The translations under genes and the position numbers were made by a program. A DNA stretch of 64,000 bases from Eledone cirrhosa (Eukaryota): NCBI GenBank assembly GCA_964016885.1, contig OZ024743.1, positions 323,702,001 to 323,766,000 of the forward strand, in the 5' to 3' direction. Under the pieces are notes generated by a model. The model saw only the letters and a list, made by a program, of their open reading frames with translations, made no database searches and was not told the origin of the DNA. Below, piece after piece: positions 1 to 11,230 of the stretch. The number at the start of each line of letters is the position of its first letter. The stretch's first letter is position 1.

Positions 1-344
1 TACAATTCCACTAATTCACTTATATATATTCATATGTGAGAGAGTGTGTGTAGAAACTGTTTCATTCGTATGAAATCATCCTGATGATTTCATACCAGGT
101 CATTTCTATAGGAAGGTTATGCTGCTAATAACACCACCAAATGACAAGATGGAGTAAATATAACAAGATCAGAAGAAAGAGGAGACATAGATGAGCAAGA
201 ATAATCATTGAGAAGGTCACAGGATGTGAAGGGCTTTAATAATTAACCAACTGATTAATTAACTAACTGATTAATGGATTACTCACTCGACTAATAATAA
301 ACTGAAGTATTTCAGTGCATATTTCTATTAGCAGCATGGCCCTC

Positions 345-600
345 TCAAAGTAAAATACCTAGAAAGTTCCCCAATGAGGCACAAGCCTAGTCAATGTGTT
401 TTTGACCAGCCCATAAATACCAATCACCCTTCTCCATGTCAAGGGAAAAGGCAAAGGCCGACACTTCTTGCCACCAGTGAGTGAACTGGAGCAACGTGAA
501 ATAAAGCCTCTTGCTCAAGGACACAACACATTTTACAGTTCAGGAATCGAAGTCACAACCTCACGATTGTGAATCCAACGCTCTGACCACTAAGCCACAT
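345..600 (-). mobile_element. tRNA-derived SINE, family B (CORE-like centre)
   Basis: Reverse strand reads gtggcttagtggtcagagcgttggattcacaatcgtgaggttgtgacttcgattcc (A/B boxes), then tgtgtccttgagcaagag; related copies near 2189-2310, 28556-28810, 53061-53515 and 58245-58635. Confidence 0.75.
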
Positions 601-688
601 AATAAAATCATACTTTTTTACTTTTTAACAGTATATCTAATAAAGCAATTCCAAGTTAAATAATATTTTTCACCTGTGTATTAATTAG

Positions 689-828
689 GTGGAGCCTATT
701 ATATGATATCTCGTAGTCTTGGTCCAGAATTTGGCGGTGCGATTGGTCTTATATTTGCATTGGCCAATGCTATTGCAGCAGCAATGTACATCGTTGGTTT
801 CTCAGAAGCGGCACGTGATCTAATGTGG
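689..828 (+). CDS. SLC12A2: NKCC-type cation-chloride cotransporter, first exon in window (gene begins upstream)
   Basis: ag|GT...TGG|gtaagt; encodes [39 protein letters not shown], the hallmark SLC12 motif. The symbol means NKCC1-like; exact orthology among SLC12A1/2/3 is not resolved. Confidence 0.93.
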
Positions 829-1439
829 GTAAGTCTGATCTATTTTCCTTAAATCCATCACAGTTTTCTATTCATTTGATTATTCTGGAATCTAACGTTA
901 AGGTTTTTTTAAGCTGAATATTTTACATCCCATGATTATAAATATAGAAGCAAGAATGTTTAAGTATGCCTCTAATCTGTCTTTATACAATTTCTTTTTA
1001 ACGATAAACCATTGTTATTCACACAACAAATATTTCCGGATATACTTTCTAACCCCATAATACCTGTTGGAATCGTAGAGGTGACGTGGTGACATATGAC
1101 GTGCCTTAGGCACTTTAAACCTGGGAGAGCCTATCCCGTCTCCAGCTCTGAATACAACCGATTTTTTCCACTGAGGGGGGGGGGGGGGAGAATCGATCCC
1201 CATACTATATTGCTACTTTTTTTTATCGAACTCGAAAGGATGAAAGGCAAAGTGGTCCTCGGTGCGGTTTGAACTCAGAGAGCTGGAACGAATACCACTA
1301 TGCCTTTCATCCTCACGATGTCAATACAATAAAGTACCAGTAAAATACTAGGGTCCATATAATCGACTTTTCCCACACACCCTCCTAAAATTGCTGGCCT
1401 TGTGCCTAAATTAGAAATCATTAAATTTTCTTGTTGCAG

Positions 1440-1553
1440 AAACATGGTGTAGTTATTACTGGTGATCCAGAACACGAAGTACGAATAATTGGGATTATTA
1501 CAAGTTTTATTCTATTGGCAATCATTTTCATCGGAATGGCCTGGGAATCTAAG
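1440..1553 (+). CDS. SLC12A2: NKCC-like exon
   Basis: cag|AAA...AAG|gtaaga; KHGVVITGDPEHEVRIIGIITSFILLAIIFIGMAWESK. Confidence 0.92.
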
Positions 1554-1698
1554 GTAAGAACACTTAAACGAAGACTTCTTAGAAACAAACATGTTAAGAA
1601 GACACTATTTATACATATATATTTCTCTCATAATCCACCTTGTAAGAGATTCTTCGGTATTGTCATCTAAACCTTTATTTCTATTTATTGGAACTCAG

Positions 1699-1810
1699 GC
1701 ACAAATATTTTTATTGGGAATTCTTTGTGTTGCTATCATCAATTATTTCGTGGGTACATTTCTACCAGTTACAGAAGATCGTAAACGCGAAGGTTTCATC
1801 GGCTATAACG
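1699..1810 (+). CDS. SLC12A2: NKCC-like exon
   Basis: cag|GCA...G|gtaagt; AQIFLLGILCVAIINYFVGTFLPVTEDRKREGFIGYN. Confidence 0.92.
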
Positions 1811-3477
1811 GTAAGTTTCTCTATTATATTCTTAAGATTTTATAAATAATAAGTTTTCCATCGTTATTATTTGAGAGCCTCTTTTAAACTTTGCCTTCAT
1901 GTTGTGTTTAATGCTGTTAAGATAAGTTCTGTTATTGCATCTTGTAATTAGAATATCTTACATCACTTTATTTCAATTAATTCTTATTTACTTGCGTACA
2001 ACCCAATGGCAAGACTGCATGTTCTCATTTAGTCACTTTCAGACGAAGGGAAAGAGCCCGAATCGTTAGTTCGACCATCGCATTCTCGTGATACAAATCC
2101 AACGTAGAACAATTAACAATAATAGCAATTGTGTTATTATTAATTATTAATCTTAGAGAAAACCTGAAAGATATTCTGTTGGTTTTGTGAAGGCGCGTGG
2201 CTTGGTGATTAGAGCGTTGGATTCACAATCATGAGGTTGTGAGTTCGATTTCTGGACCGTATGATGCATTGTGACTTTGAGCAAGACACTTTATTTTCAC
2301 ATTACTACAGTGATCTGAGGACTCATCATCCCTTTCTACTGTATCAACGATATCGAAAGCTCTAGTAACGGAACAAAATAATATGTTGCAGAGACTCGTT
2401 TCTCCACTCCAGGATCAGACGGAACTGTCCTTATGTATATGTCAGGAAAATTCTTTTTTGTTTTTAGTGTTGTGATAGCTCCTTTTTCTTTATTTTACAC
2501 ATTTTTATTTTCTATCAATAGCTCGGTTAGACATGAACTTAGAAATACTATAAATCTAGTTGTTTTTAACACCTGATCAGGGTCGGTGAGGTTAACTGCT
2601 TTGTCGTCCCCCCCCCCCCCCCCACCCCCCATCAAACAGAAGTTCACCAAACTAGTCAATGAAACAAGCTTCTTTTATGGACTTCAATAAATTTGGAGGA
2701 TCTCTCGGAATGGAACCTTGAATGTTATGAACCCCCCCCCCCCCCCATCACTAAGCACCAAAGACAGGCGACAAACCTAATCATAGTTGTTATTATTGAT
2801 CCTGATTGCCTTCCCTTCCGTCTTGCTTTAGATATATTAATTATATGATTATTTTTTTTTTATTTTGTTATAGTTGTTGTTGTTATTGTTGCCTGTGGTG
2901 TTTGTTATTGTATCATTTACTAGTCCATATTGCAAAAATGGATGGTTCTGATTAGCTGAAAATACTTTAAAACTCTATTTTGAAACTATTGTAACTTTTT
3001 AAACTTAATTTCTCCAAAGAATTCCGGTGATGTCCGTAACCAGCACTCAAAGCTACTTATGTATAGAAATTTACCAAAAGAATCCGGACACTGATCATCA
3101 AATAGAAACGATCTATGAAATCTAATTCTTATATAGCTGTCTCGTTAATCAACTTTGAGATGGCTAAGAGTCAGTTCTTTTGTATACTGCTAAAAAATGA
3201 TGTTAGACCAGTCAGCGTATTCGCTCGAGCTGTAAGAAATAGCAGCAAGATTTCTGTGAAATTAACAACCTACCGTCTTTGAAAAAGAAACCTTGACCAA
3301 CGTAATCCTTGATGTCTGATGATATGACGGTATTGGCATGTCATGAATCACAGGTCTGATAGCTGAGAGCTGGCGTGGAACAAAACAGCAATAGCAGCAA
3401 AATGTTCTTTAAATACTATACAATGTTTGTATGAGATGTGGAAAAATTCACAAGGAAAAATACACTATTAAGAAATA

Positions 3478-3578
3478 CAGGGTGTTTCCAAAAATTGTAT
3501 ACTTACTTTGATTACCTGTACATGCAATATTTATTAGAACGCTGTTGAAGTATGTATACATTTTTGTGGGACACCCTG
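3478..3578. mobile_element. Tc1/mariner-type MITE
   Basis: TA|CAGGGTGT...ACACCCTG|TA with about 33 bp imperfect terminal inverted repeats. Confidence 0.75.
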
Positions 3579-3653
3579 TATATTTGCTATTAGAGTTAAC
3601 CGATATCCCCTTTAAATTCTAATTAATAGATTTTCCACCTGTTTTACTTTCAG

Positions 3654-3778
3654 TCACTTTATTGATCAAGAACTTCCAGCCAGATTTCAAAGAAGAAACA
3701 TTCTTTAGTGTCTTCTCCATTTATTTTCCCTCAGCAACTGGCATTTTAGCCGGTGCCAATATATCTGGTGATCTGAAG
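3654..3778 (+). CDS. SLC12A2: NKCC-like exon (TM6)
   Basis: cag|TC...AAG|gtatat; [26 protein letters not shown], conserved SLC12 motif. Confidence 0.94.
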
Positions 3779-4122
3779 GTATATTGTTTTCTTTTCATAT
3801 ATTTTTATATTTAACTTTTAATTTCTTCAATATAATGGTGATACCCTATAAATTCAACTTTATATCAGTCAAGATCGGAGAGTTAGTTAACTGTGGCGAT
3901 AGATTTACCAGTAAATAAGAGTGTACGTCGTATCCGCCAGAAAGAGGTGCGAAGTCACAGTATAAGCAGCTAACCAAATTAAGAATTTGGAGCAGTTATA
4001 TACTAATTTAAGGTATCATAACATATATAGCATGTATGATGATTACGTTTCTCAGTTGAAAAGGTCAATGGATATTTGGCCGGCTATATATATATATATA
4101 TATATATTGTGTGTGTGTGTAG

Positions 4123-4159
<37 letters not shown>

Positions 4160-4257
4160 GGTTGACTTATGAAGCATTCAGAAATTCCTAAGTATGAAAG
4201 GCAGAGTTAACCTCGACGGGTTTTGAACTCAGATACTGCCAATCTACCACTAATTAA

Positions 4258-4445
4258 TAATTGTTTCTACTTTTGGCACAAGACCAGCAATTACCCAGTG
4301 CATTACTGGTACTTTATTTTATCGACCCTGTAAGGATGAAAGGCAAAGTTAACCTCGGCGGGATTTGAACTCAGAATGGCAAGGGCCGTAACTCTATGCG
4401 TCAAAGCATGGCATCCGACCCTCTACCGAGACTGCCAATCCACCG
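4258..4445 (-). mobile_element. tRNA-derived SINE, family A
   Basis: Head ggattggcagt-cggtagagggtcgga...gagttcaaatcccgccgagg, centre gcctttcatccttacggggtcgataaaataaagtaccag; other copies near 7595-7770, 13934-14125, 15645-16050, 23995-24180, 26277-26462, 46336-46523, 60338-60552 and 63518-63720. Confidence 0.85.
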
Positions 4446-4749
4446 TAGATAGCTATAATGATAGTTGATAATAAAAATAGCTGAATAAACCGAGTAAAGA
4501 CTCTCTGAAAACGAGTCTATTGCGGCGAATCAAACGCCGGACGAGCATGTTTTACAATTACGAAGAAGGGCCCGAAGTCGCTATTGATTCTCTTTTTAGA
4601 AAATTTAAGAATGAAGCTAGAAGTGTAAGATTTGGTTGACATAATTTTCAATCTCTCTCTCTCTCTCCCCCTCTCTCTCTCTCTCTCTCTCATTTTCATT
4701 CATACCCTCCCCATATATATATATATATATATATATAATTTTTTTGCAG

Positions 4750-4992
4750 GATCCTCAAACAGCCATTCCAAAAGGAACGTTTCTCTCTATTATCATTACA
4801 ACCATAATTTATACCTTGATTTCTTTTACTGGTGGATTTACAATGATGAGGGACGTCTTTATTCCGAGTACAACGGTTCTTAATAGCACCCTACTGAACG
4901 AGACAGTTATAACCTATCCAATATTATCGGAGGACTCACCAGCCTGCCAAGTGTATGGATGTGTGAAAGGTGGATTACATAACGATATTTCG
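4750..4992 (+). CDS. SLC12A2: NKCC-like exon (TM7 and large extracellular loop)
   Basis: cag|GAT...TCG|gtaggt; DPQTAIPKGTFLSII...NST..NET...CQVYGCVKGGLHNDIS. Confidence 0.92.
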
Positions 4993-5167
4993 GTAGGTTA
5001 CCTTTCACTTTTAACTTTTAATCAATTCAAATATATTCCAATGATCAGGGCAGAATTTTTCTAATTTCTATTGTAATATCAGTTTGTAGTATAAGGCCTT
5101 TTAATTATCTTTATCTACATGTTAATGCCTCACCTCAATAGAACTATGCAGCTGCCGGTAGAAGAAC

Positions 5168-5198
<31 letters not shown>

Positions 5199-5328
5199 AT
5201 GAAAAGATCACAAAGGGTTAATACATTAATGTATTATTTAATTGATTTACGAATGTTTCATTCAACTACAAAAAGTGTAGCGTTTAATTCCTTTGTAGAA
5301 AAATCTTCCTATAATTTACTATATATAA

Positions 5329-5442
<114 letters not shown>

Positions 5443-5634
5443 CATATGAAAGTCACCGAATTTATTTCAGCGATATCCGGCCATGACCCACTCACTGAAT
5501 GAGACAATGAGCTTGCGGTTGTGAAACTGCATCTTAAAGTTAATTTGGAAATGAAGCTAATCATCCCATCTATACAGGCGAAAAAACTATGTATTTTCGC
5601 CTATTTCAAGTTCCAACAGAGAACAGGGGAAGCC

Positions 5635-5675
5635 CTGTCCTGATGATGGCCAGAGCCAGAAATTCATATTGACAG
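5635..5675 (+). ncRNA. minimal type I hammerhead ribozyme motif
   Basis: CUGUC-CUGAUGA-UGGC caga GCCA-GAAAU ucau AUU-GACAG: stems I and II and the core are intact, stem III has 2 bp. Confidence 0.7.
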
Positions 5676-6214
5676 TTGTCCTTTGATGCTTCTGCTGGAA
5701 TCCGCTAGCCATCAGTCTTTCAATATTCATAGCTAGAAGGTTTTCCAAATGTTTATTTTTTTAACATAGCGCATATCATTAGATATACAACATTCGCATA
5801 CTTATATGTATACAGCTATGTCGGAGCTAAACTTTTAATATACTGTACACGCATATATATATATATCTATATATATATATATATATATATATATAACGAA
5901 AGAAATGTGGTAAGGAACCAGGTGGACCATAACGCACCAAAGTATTCAATACTTAGGGTAGTAGAGTGGGTAATAGGAACGAGTAGGACCCCGACAGCTG
6001 AGCTCAAGCCGTTAGCCGTCGAAACGGCTTGAGCTCAGCCGTCGGGGTCCTACTCGTTCCTATATATATATATTTATATATATATATATAATTAGAATTT
6101 CGTATTTCTAAAGAAACATGGTCTGTTTATAGATAAACATTTAGAAAGCCGTAGCTATACAAAAAACACCGGCCCTATCGCCCTCTGGTGGTGTCCAACA
6201 GAATCAAAGGGGAC

Positions 6215-6260
6215 AATCGTCGATGCATTTCAAACTTAACTGGTTCTCATCAGGACGATT
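6215..6260 (-). ncRNA. minimal type I hammerhead ribozyme motif
   Basis: AAUCGUC-CUGAUGA-GAAC caguuaa GUUU-GAAAU gc AUC-GACGAUU; 7-bp stem I, palindromic stem III (AUGCAU). Confidence 0.8.
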
Positions 6261-6794
6261 CCTCCCACTTTTGCGACTGCTGGACTTGAAAACAGTCGAG
6301 AATATATAGTTTTCTCGTCTGTGTAAATGAAGTGATTATTCTTATTTGCATATGAAGCTGCATAAGTTGGCTTAACTTCTAATAGAATAGAATTAGGATT
6401 TAGCTTCAGCCATAGCTGTATACACCTACACACACGTACACCTACACACACATACACCACCTTCCACCCTCCCCGCTCGGACCCCCAATTTCCTTCTCCC
6501 CTTCCTCCACTCACCATCACCTCTACCCGCCTCACACCCTTTCACCACTTGTTTTCAACTTATTGTCCCACTCGTGTTATTTTTTTATTTTTTCCCTTCA
6601 TTTTAATTGTTTTCCTGTTATTTTAATGTTTTTGTACCCACACCTCACACCCTCTCGGAACTCCCCTCCTTCCCACCTTTCTCCTGGTGAAGGGCTTATG
6701 CCCGAAACGTCGTCCCCCACCCCTCACTCTCAAGCGTGAGCCTATAACCTAACACCTTTCGTAACTGTAATCCTTGTTGTTGTTATTTACTTTT

Positions 6795-6830
<36 letters not shown>

Positions 6831-6837
<7 letters not shown>

Positions 6838-7186
6838 ATGCTTTGGGAGGGTCATGTTGCCAATAAGAAACACACGCACCAGTTGCTTTCACTCCAATTT
6901 ATTATAAATTAAATTTATAAATTTAAGAATTTATAAATTTCCGGTTGGTTGGTTCCATAACCGGACGGTTGTTCATATATTGTCAAAGTTCTTTCGTCAC
7001 ACATTCTGTGACCTCTTCAGTGACTGGGGATTTTTAAATTTATAAATTTAATTTATAATAAATTGGAGTGAAAGCAACTGGTGCGTGTGTTTCTTATTGA
7101 CAACATGACCCTCCCAAAGCATAACAATATCGGTTTCAACACACGTTTTCAGATAAAGAATCTTGCTAAACAAATTCAGGAACGAA
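6831..7186 (+). mobile_element. extremely truncated Penelope-like element: inverted pLTR plus 3' end and tail, in (TA)n
   Basis: Inverted arms about 6831-6927 and 7035-7130; same sequence as the termini of the GIY-YIG element at 17573-19145; HHR motif at 6982-7024 on the minus strand. Confidence 0.8.
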
Positions 7187-7409
7187 ATATATATATATAT
7201 ATATACTTTTGATCGATCATATTGACTAGCAATCGCACTGAAGATGATTAGAGAATTTGGTGATTGAAAGTGTAGGAATCGAATTAATCTTTACCAACAT
7301 AGGAATTAATTAATATAATTTAAATTGTGTTCCCAATCTCTAAAATTTAATTGTTATTAAATCAGTTTGCAATATTTCTTTCTTTTTTTTTCCTTTCTCT
7401 TCTTCCTAG

Positions 7410-7517
7410 ATTGTTGGAACCGCATCTGCCACAAAATATTTAATTTTGGCTGGAATATTCTCTGCTACATTATCTTCGGCCCTGGCAAGTTTAGTCAGTG
7501 CACCGAAAGTTTTACAA
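7410..7517 (+). CDS. SLC12A2: NKCC-like exon (TM8)
   Basis: tag|ATT...CAA|gtaaat; LILAGIFSATLSSALASLVSAPKVLQ. Confidence 0.94.
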
Positions 7518-9805
7518 GTAAATACCTGAAAACAAACCAAAAATTGTTTGTTTATTTATTTAATTATTTATTTCATTATATTATATTTTTCCAGGGCGGT
7601 GGATTGGCAGTATCGGTAGAGGGTCGGACGCTATGCTTTGACGGCCCTTGCCATTCTGAGTTCAAATCCCGCCGAGGTTAACTTTGCCTTTCATCCTTAC
7701 AGGGTCGATAAAATAAAGTACCAGTAATGCTCTGGGCAATTGCTGGCCTTGTGCCAAACGTAAAAACAATTATATTATATTTTTCCTTTCTTTCTTGAAC
7801 TATTTATTCTTCATCGTGAAATCTCTTATTATCGAGTAAGCTATCTACCTAGAGGTGAATGTATGTGTAATGACGGATTGTTGTATATATACGTATGTAT
7901 AACAAACTCCTATATAGCAGCCATCATTATCTCTCTCTCGTAAATAAAACCCAGGTGGCGAAATGGTAGAGCCGTTAGAACGTTGGGTAGAATGTTTGTA
8001 GTATTCGTTCTGCTTTTCTGCGCTCTGGTTTCAAATCCTGCCGAGGTCAATAAATAAAAGTACCAACTTAGTACTGGGACCGATTATTCCTCTATATTTC
8101 TTTCTCACTTCCTCTCTATCACAGTCACCCCTTCTTTGGAAGTGTTCAGATATGGAAGGGAGATGGGCTCTGGTAGGTTTTAAATGCCCAAGAAATGCTG
8201 TATGTCATTGCGATGTCCCTACGGGTCCATACATACATACAAATAAAACCCAAAGTCCGGGACTATTAGTCAAGAGGCCTTAGAGGATAGAGTAATCATT
8301 AAGTCTAACGTTGAGTTCTGAAGTGATTTCCCGTTGCTTATTTCGCCTACAGGAGAGTTTGAACCCAGCCAGCGAGCCCTAGGAAACACTAGTTAATCAC
8401 ACAGCAAGTTAAACCCTTAGAACGGCAAAATTTACTTATTTATCGTCGTTTGTCATGCAAGAAATAGCAGCCAATATCCTTCGAATCACACTCTGCTGGG
8501 GGTTTTTAACTGCACGCTGGGTATTGCAGTTCTTAAAAAAAGTAGGGCTGATCATGTCTTGAAAAATCTTGATCAAAGGACTGTTTTGTCAAGATTAATC
8601 TGAGCTAAACAACAAGAACACCAACCTTATTTTGCATTGGTGAATTAGCAACATATGTTTCTAGGAAAAGAATATCTTTAGAACATATATTAGAGTTATA
8701 TGATCTAAGACATATTTTATATATTGTACTTTTTGACTGGTAGACTTCTTTCTTTAACTATTTATTCCTCATCGCGAAATCCTTTATTACCGAGTAAACT
8801 ATCTACCAAGTGATGATTGTTGGTGATTGTACGTATGACGGACTTTTGGATATCTGTAGTGTTGCAAGCTTTGGGGTAAAATTTAGGAAAAACTTCCTCT
8901 TACCAGCCCCTCACTACAATGAAAATAACATTGGGCTGGGGTCGGATTTAGATGTTGTGGGTCCCGGAGAAGTCACCATATCTCCCACCTATAAACCCGT
9001 CCCTGCAATAGGCTATAGACTTCCTCTTTTGGCAAAGTCATTAATTAAAGATATATACACTAATGAACTTTAGATCGCTATTTATACTTACTTTGTTGTA
9101 ATTAATAATATATATAAACATAAAATTAGTTATCAATGACTTCGGGAAAAATGGAAATATGACTTGTGGTGTTGCTGCCTACCTGGAGGGTTGTAAAAGC
9201 GTGACGCAGTTCCTGTACTACACAAGCATTGTTCTAAGAATGTAATGCCTTTCTATAGAACTTCACTTAAAGCGATGACAACTTCTCGTTCACTTTCCCT
9301 GCTAGTAAGGTTTGGACGGGTTTTCACAAACCTATTAAGTATTAAAGTAGGTCTACTGACCTCCCAGACAAGTTGGAGGTTCACATCTCGCTTAAAATAT
9401 TTTCACGCTCTTCTGAGTGCATTTTATTGTGGCACCAACACTAGAGAGGTTGTCATGTTTTAACACAACTAAAGGGTCCTCGCGACCCTTTGTTTGGCAA
9501 GCATTCTACGGTTAGATGCCTTCTTCCCACCAACCACTTTACAGCGTGTACTAGGTGCGTTTACCATGTAGATCACCTTTTTATATATTTAAACTATTTC
9601 TTTCTGGCTTCTAAAACCGAACCCCACATTTAAGTTTGATGTCTTCCAGATGTCCAAATATAGTCTGGAATGGTAAAATATTTTGCGATAGAAATGAAAA
9701 CCCAATTTTTCCCCCTTTTTCTTTTTTATTTGCTTAAATGTGCTCAAATCGAAATCTAAAAATTAACATCCTCTCTCTCTCTTTTTATTTCTGTTGCTTC
9801 CCCAG

Positions 9806-9929
9806 GCCGTTAGCAAAGATAAAATATATCCTTGTCTATTTTACTTCGCCAAGGAATCCGGTCGGAACAGAGATCCAAGAAGAGCTATCTCAATCAGCTT
9901 CCTTATTTGTTTGGCAATGATCTCTTTGG
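9806..9929 (+). CDS. SLC12A2: NKCC-like exon
   Basis: cag|GCC...G|gtaagt; AVSKDKIYPCLFYFAKESGRNRDPRRAISISFLICLAMISL. Confidence 0.92.
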
Positions 9930-10849
9930 GTAAGTGTATCATCTGTATAATTCCTGATAGAAAAAGACACTTCCTTGATCTGGTTAGATAACCTAGTCAT
10001 AACATTAGTGAAATATACGTTAAGTGTTTAGCACGTAATGAACGTTTCTATTGATTTAATTTGATCCGTTTTGTCAGGAAAGGACTACGGGTATTTAATC
10101 GAGCCAACGAGAGAGCTTCTGTGTGGACGATTGAGCTGCTAGAAATAGCAGCCAAATCTCCTTCGATTTACACCCCTGCCGTTAACATATAAAAAGGATA
10201 CATTGAATAATATATTCCTAGGCATATTCCTACAAAGTCACGGTTAGACTGCTTCAGATAATGTATCCGCTCAATCGGACTAAACAACAACTGGTACGTA
10301 TCTTGTAGCTTTTGGACTTGGACGACAAGTGACTATGAGGTCTAACGTTTGTAGCGATTATGTGAGTTTTGAATGTTTTAAACAGTGGAATAAATGCTGT
10401 TGAGATGGAGAAGACAACAAACTAATGATTGGTGTATAAAGGATCACATTATCTTGTGTCTTTATTAAAACAACAGGGTGTTATTTATGGGCGATTTGGT
10501 GTAATTTAGTAGGTCTAGCGGTCACATAAAGGCTTTTATTTTTTATTGTGAATTGCCAACTGTAGTAAACTGAATATCGTTGTTTCATCTCCATTAACTG
10601 GGACACAATGTTGTCTTTATTTAGAGTAGGGCCTGGTCTACGTGAGAAAGTTTCTGATCCTAAATTAAGGAAACTCCTGTGAAGAAGTGTAGCGTGAAAT
10701 TGTGTTCTTAAAATAGCATTCTAGGTCATGCATGACGCTCGTCTGTGACAACTGAGGTGTATCGAATCTGCAAAAATATCCTGCTCTATTTCTTTAAACA
10801 TATGCCTTTTATCTTTGTCTGTATATGTATTTTTATCTCTCACTATCTT

Positions 10850-11230
10850 AATCTATCTTCCTCTGCCTCTCTTTCTCTTTCTATCTACCTTTCTCTTTCT
10901 ATCTACCTTTCTCTTTCTATCTACTTTTCTCTTTCTACATTTCTCTTTCTACATTTCTCTTTCTACCTTTCTCTTTCTACCTTTCTCTTTCTACATTTCT
11001 CTTTCTACCTTTCTCTTTCTACATTTCTCTTTCTACGTTTCTCTTTCTACCTTTCTCTTTCTACCTTTCTCTTTCTACCTTTCTCTTTCTACCTTTCTCT
11101 TTCTGCCTCTCTCTTTCTGCCTCTCTCTTTCTGCCTCTCTCTATCTACTTTTCTCTTCCTCTCTCTTTCTCTCTCTTTCTACCTTTCTCTTTCTGCTTTT
11201 CTCTTTCTGCCTTTCTCTATCTGTCTATCT
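10850..11230. repeat. 14-bp pyrimidine-rich tandem repeat (TTCTCTTTCTACCT)n
   Basis: Read directly; explains the spurious ORFs 10745-11452 and 10815-11336. Confidence 0.9.

Noticed and set aside
50-100. Palindrome GTATGAAATCATC/GATGATTTCATAC with CTGATGA and an opposite-strand GAAAC
   Set aside because: The core halves lie on opposite strands, so no complete hammerhead can be drawn; possibly a scrambled remnant
2035-2370. Hammerhead-like remnants (CAGACGAAGGG...CCCGAATCGTT; ...GAAAGCTCTAGTAA)
   Set aside because: Core nucleotides are mutated; too degenerate to call
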